From assembly GCF_056746865.1 (NCBI RefSeq), contig NZ_CM163382.1: 64,000 nt of DNA; one strand, given 5' to 3'. Positions 60,470-64,000 of this stretch are shown piece after piece (the first letter of the stretch is position 1; each line of letters starts with the position of its first letter). A program made the translations under genes and the position numbers. The notes under the pieces were generated by a model. That model was not told the origin of the DNA. It made no database searches and saw only the letters and a program-made list of their open reading frames with translations.

Positions 60470-60623
60470 ACGTTGTTCTCTTAAGGTTAACCACCGGATT
60501 GATGAGCGCGCACAGTACCACCTTTTTTGCACCAGCAAAAGTGCGAATACCACTTGCCCGAAAGGCCCGTCGCGAGTACTTTGTCGCGATATTTTTGACA
60601 TTTTCGACTACAGGAATTTTTCG

Positions 60624-61196
60624 ATGCCAAGAGCGAACGAAATTAAAAAAGGTATGGTACTGAATTACAACGGCAAACTGCTGCTGGTTAAGGATATTGA
60701 TATTCAGTCGCCCACTGCCCGCGGTGCCGCTACGCTGTACAAAATGCGTTTTTCTGATGTCCGTACCGGGCTGAAAGTAGAAGAGCGTTTCAAAGGAGAT
60801 GATATCGTTGACACCGTGACGCTGACCCGCCGTTACGTTGACTTCTCCTATGTCGATGGCAACGAATATGTCTTTATGGATAAAGAAGACTATACCCCGT
60901 ATACCTTCACCAAAGATCAGATTGAAGAAGAGTTGCTGTTTATGCCAGAGGGCGGCATGCCGGACATGCAGGTGCTGACCTGGGACGGTCAACTGCTGGC
61001 GCTTGAGCTGCCGCAGACCGTTGATCTGGAAATCGTTGAAACCGCACCTGGCATCAAAGGGGCATCTGCCAGCGCCCGTAACAAACCGGCGACATTGAGC
61101 ACTGGTCTGGTGATTCAGGTACCAGAATACTTAAGCCCGGGCGAAAAAATTCGTATCCATATCGAAGAACGCCGTTATATGGGTCGTGCTGACTAA
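60624..61196 (+). CDS. yeiP: elongation factor P-like protein
   Basis: 190-aa ORF from [30 protein letters not shown] (EF-P fold N-terminus). Confidence 0.85.
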
Positions 61197-61418
61197 CTTC
61201 AGCCGCATGCAGAAAAGGGATAGCTCAGGCTGTCCCTTTTTTAATTTATTATACCAATCTTCTATTTTGCGCTTCCTGAACACCTTACGTCCTCAATTTT
61301 CACTCGTTGATTGATCGCCCTCACACTTCATCGCATTAACAATCCAGACCAATTTCAATTGCTGTCATATAACTTTACACTGTCATTGTTAATTAATCGT
61401 TACTAAGACGTGACTCCT

Positions 61419-62885
61419 ATGAATACAATCGCCTCCGTTACGCTCCCGCATCATGTACACGCTCCACGCTACGATCGCCAGCAGTTGCAATCACGTATCG
61501 TTCATTTTGGCTTTGGAGCCTTTCACCGCGCACATCAGGCGTTACTGACCGATCGTGTGCTGAATGCCCAGGGCGGTGACTGGGGGATCTGTGAAATCAG
61601 CTTGTTCAGCGGTGATCAACTGATGAGCCAGCTCCGCGCACAGAACCATTTATATACCGTGCTGGAGAAAGGGGCGGACGGCAATCAGGCGATAATTGTC
61701 GGTGCCGTTCACGAATGCCTTAATGCAAAACTGGATTCCTTAGCGGCAATTATTGAGAAATTTTGCGAGCCACAGGTGGCAATTGTTTCCCTGACGATTA
61801 CCGAAAAAGGCTATTGTATTGACCCGGCCACCGGTGCACTCGACACCAGCAATCCGCGGATTATTCACGATCTACAAAACCCTGAAGAACCTCACTCCGC
61901 GCCGGGTATTCTCGTCGAAGCACTGAAACGACGCCGTGAACGCGGCCTTGCACCGTTTACCGTACTCTCCTGCGACAATATTCCCGACAATGGCCATGTG
62001 GTGAAAAACGCGGTGCTGGGGATGGCGGAAAAACGTTCACCAGAACTCGCCGGGTGGATAAAAGAACACGTCAGTTTTCCGGGAACCATGGTCGACCGTA
62101 TTGTTCCGGCAGCAACCGACGAATCACTGGCGGAAATCAGCCAGCATCTGGGGGTGAATGATCCCTGCGCGATTAGCTGCGAACCGTTTATCCAGTGGGT
62201 GGTGGAAGATAACTTCGTCGCTGGGCGTCCTGCCTGGGAAGTCGCAGGTGTACAAATGGTGAATGATGTCCTGCCATGGGAAGAGATGAAACTGCGTATG
62301 CTTAATGGCAGCCACTCTTTTCTCGCTTATCTGGGTTACCTCTCAGGATTCGCCCATATCAGTGATTGCATGCAGGATCGCGCATTTCGCCATGCCTCCA
62401 GAACATTAATGCTGGATGAGCAAGCGCCAACATTGCGAATTAAAGATGTCGATTTAACACAATATGCGGATAAGTTAATTGCACGTTTTGCTAATCCGGC
62501 GCTGAAACATAAGACCTGGCAAATCGCGATGGATGGCAGCCAGAAATTACCGCAACGTATGCTGGCAGGTATTCGCATACATCTGGGGCGCGAAACGGAC
62601 TGGTCGTTGCTGGCATTAGGCGTTGCAGGCTGGATGCGTTACGTCAGCGGCGTTGATGATGCCGGAAATGCCATTGATGTTCGCGATCCGCTTAGCGATA
62701 AAATTCGCGAACTTGTTGCGGGCAGTAGCAGTGAACAACGCGTAACCGCCCTGCTTTCCCTGCGTGAAGTTTTCGGTGATGATCTGCCAGATAACCCGCA
62801 TTTTGTGCAGGCTATCGAACAAGCCTGGCAACAAATCGCACAATTCGGCGCGCATCAGGCGCTATTAAACACCCTCAAAATTTAA
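61419..62885 (+). CDS. yeiQ: mannitol/fructuronate dehydrogenase-family oxidoreductase
   Basis: 488-aa ORF with N-terminal Rossmann motif (HFGFGAFHRAHQ). Confidence 0.8.
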   Translation: MNTIASVTLPHHVHAPRYDRQQLQSRIVHFGFGAFHRAHQALLTDRVLNAQGGDWGICEISLFSGDQLMSQLRAQNHLYTVLEKGADGNQAIIVGAVHECLNAKLDSLAAIIEKFCEPQVAIVSLTITEKGYCIDPATGALDTSNPRIIHDLQNPEEPHSAPGILVEALKRRRERGLAPFTVLSCDNIPDNGHVVKNAVLGMAEKRSPELAGWIKEHVSFPGTMVDRIVPAATDESLAEISQHLGVNDPCAISCEPFIQWVVEDNFVAGRPAWEVAGVQMVNDVLPWEEMKLRMLNGSHSFLAYLGYLSGFAHISDCMQDRAFRHASRTLMLDEQAPTLRIKDVDLTQYADKLIARFANPALKHKTWQIAMDGSQKLPQRMLAGIRIHLGRETDWSLLALGVAGWMRYVSGVDDAGNAIDVRDPLSDKIRELVAGSSSEQRVTALLSLREVFGDDLPDNPHFVQAIEQAWQQIAQFGAHQALLNTLKI

Positions 62886-63002
62886 CGATTTCTGCGGTTA
62901 AAGCGGATGAAGCTCGCCTTCGTCCGCTCCCCCCTTCTCTTTTCTGCCTTTTTTAGCCAGGATTAACGCTCAGTTAACTTACCAGAGTATTGCGGAGCCG
63001 TT

Positions 63003-63989
63003 GTGACCAGGACCAACCTCATCACCGGTTTTCTCGGCAGCGGGAAAACCACGTCGATTCTTCATCTGTTAGCCCATAAAGATCCCAACGAAAAATGGGC
63101 GGTACTGGTTAATGAATTTGGGGAAGTCGGAATTGATGGTGCTTTGCTCGCCGATAGCGGCGCATTGTTGAAAGAGATCCCCGGCGGCTGCATGTGCTGC
63201 GTTAATGGTTTACCCATGCAGGTAGGATTGAATACCTTACTGCGTCAGGGAAAACCAGACCGCTTGTTGATAGAGCCGACCGGACTGGGTCATCCGAAAC
63301 AGATCCTAGATCTCTTAACCGCGCCCGTGTATGAACCGTGGATAGATCTGCGCGCCACGTTGTGCATTCTCGATCCACGCCTGCTGCTGGACGAAAAAAG
63401 CGCCAGCAATGAAAACTTCCGTGACCAGCTGGCTGCCGCAGACATTATTGTCGCCAATAAATCCGACCGTGCGACGCCCGAAAGTGAGCAAGCGCTACAG
63501 CGCTGGTGGCAGCAAAATGGTGGCGATCGGCAATTAATTCACAGCGAGCATGGGAAAGTTGACGGTCATCTTCTGGATTTGCCGCGTCGCAATTTAGCCG
63601 AGTTGCCCGCCAGCGCCGCACATTCTCATCATCATAGCGTGAAAAAAGGGTTAGCAGCGTTAAGCCTGCCAGAGCATCAACGCTGGCGTCGCAGTCTGAA
63701 CAGCGGACAAGGGCATCAGGCCTGTGGCTGGATATTCGACGCTGATACGGTATTCGACACCATTGGCATTCTGGAATGGGCGCGACTTGCACCGGTGGAA
63801 CGCGTCAAAGGCGTGATGCGTATTCCCGAAGGGCTGGTGCGAATCAACCGTCAGGGCGATGACCTGCACATTGAAACGCAAAACGTTGCGCCACCGGACA
63901 GTCGTATTGAGCTGATTTCCAGCAGCGAAGCTGACTGGAATGCCTTGCAGAGCGCGCTGTTGAAGCTTCGTTTAGCGACTACCGCGTAA
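63003..63989 (+). CDS. yeiR: CobW/COG0523-family zinc-associated GTPase (GTG start)
   Basis: 328-aa ORF with P-loop GFLGSGKTT, CxCC motif (GGCMCC) and His-rich stretch (HSHHHS). Confidence 0.85.
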   Translation: MTRTNLITGFLGSGKTTSILHLLAHKDPNEKWAVLVNEFGEVGIDGALLADSGALLKEIPGGCMCCVNGLPMQVGLNTLLRQGKPDRLLIEPTGLGHPKQILDLLTAPVYEPWIDLRATLCILDPRLLLDEKSASNENFRDQLAAADIIVANKSDRATPESEQALQRWWQQNGGDRQLIHSEHGKVDGHLLDLPRRNLAELPASAAHSHHHSVKKGLAALSLPEHQRWRRSLNSGQGHQACGWIFDADTVFDTIGILEWARLAPVERVKGVMRIPEGLVRINRQGDDLHIETQNVAPPDSRIELISSSEADWNALQSALLKLRLATTA

Positions 63990-64000
63990 GGTTGCCTGCG

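Noticed and set aside
60360-60992. 210-aa ORF on the minus strand
   Set aside because: Mostly antisense to yeiP and overlapping yeiW in another frame; the annotated EF-P-like and Cys-rich ORFs explain the region.

Overview
This window reads as a conserved Escherichia/Shigella-type chromosomal backbone running from a 5'-truncated yehM through yeiR, with about 60 genes in the gene order I recognise from E. coli K-12. All gene names are from recall of protein sequences and synteny; no database search was run. Two things depart from an intact backbone: a 1311-bp IS3-family element inserted in the ribonucleoside hydrolase gene rihB, and an in-frame amber codon in the siderophore/colicin receptor gene cirA. 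I found no CRISPR array, prophage, integrase, tRNA/rRNA gene or obviously foreign island. The most plausible candidate for an undescribed system is the translationally coupled yehM-yehP-yehQ module (VWA/MIDAS protein plus double SWIM zinc-finger protein, with the expected AAA+ partner yehL lying upstream outside the window). It is conserved but has no function known to me, so this is a candidate rather than a discovery. Other points worth a second look are an ORF-free, GC-rich structured element between yohP and dusC, an apparently intact mdtQ, and the nupX/psuT paralog pair flanking the IS-disrupted rihB. Intergenic REP and ERIC repeats, a Fur box at cirA and a Cra operator at fruB are also present.
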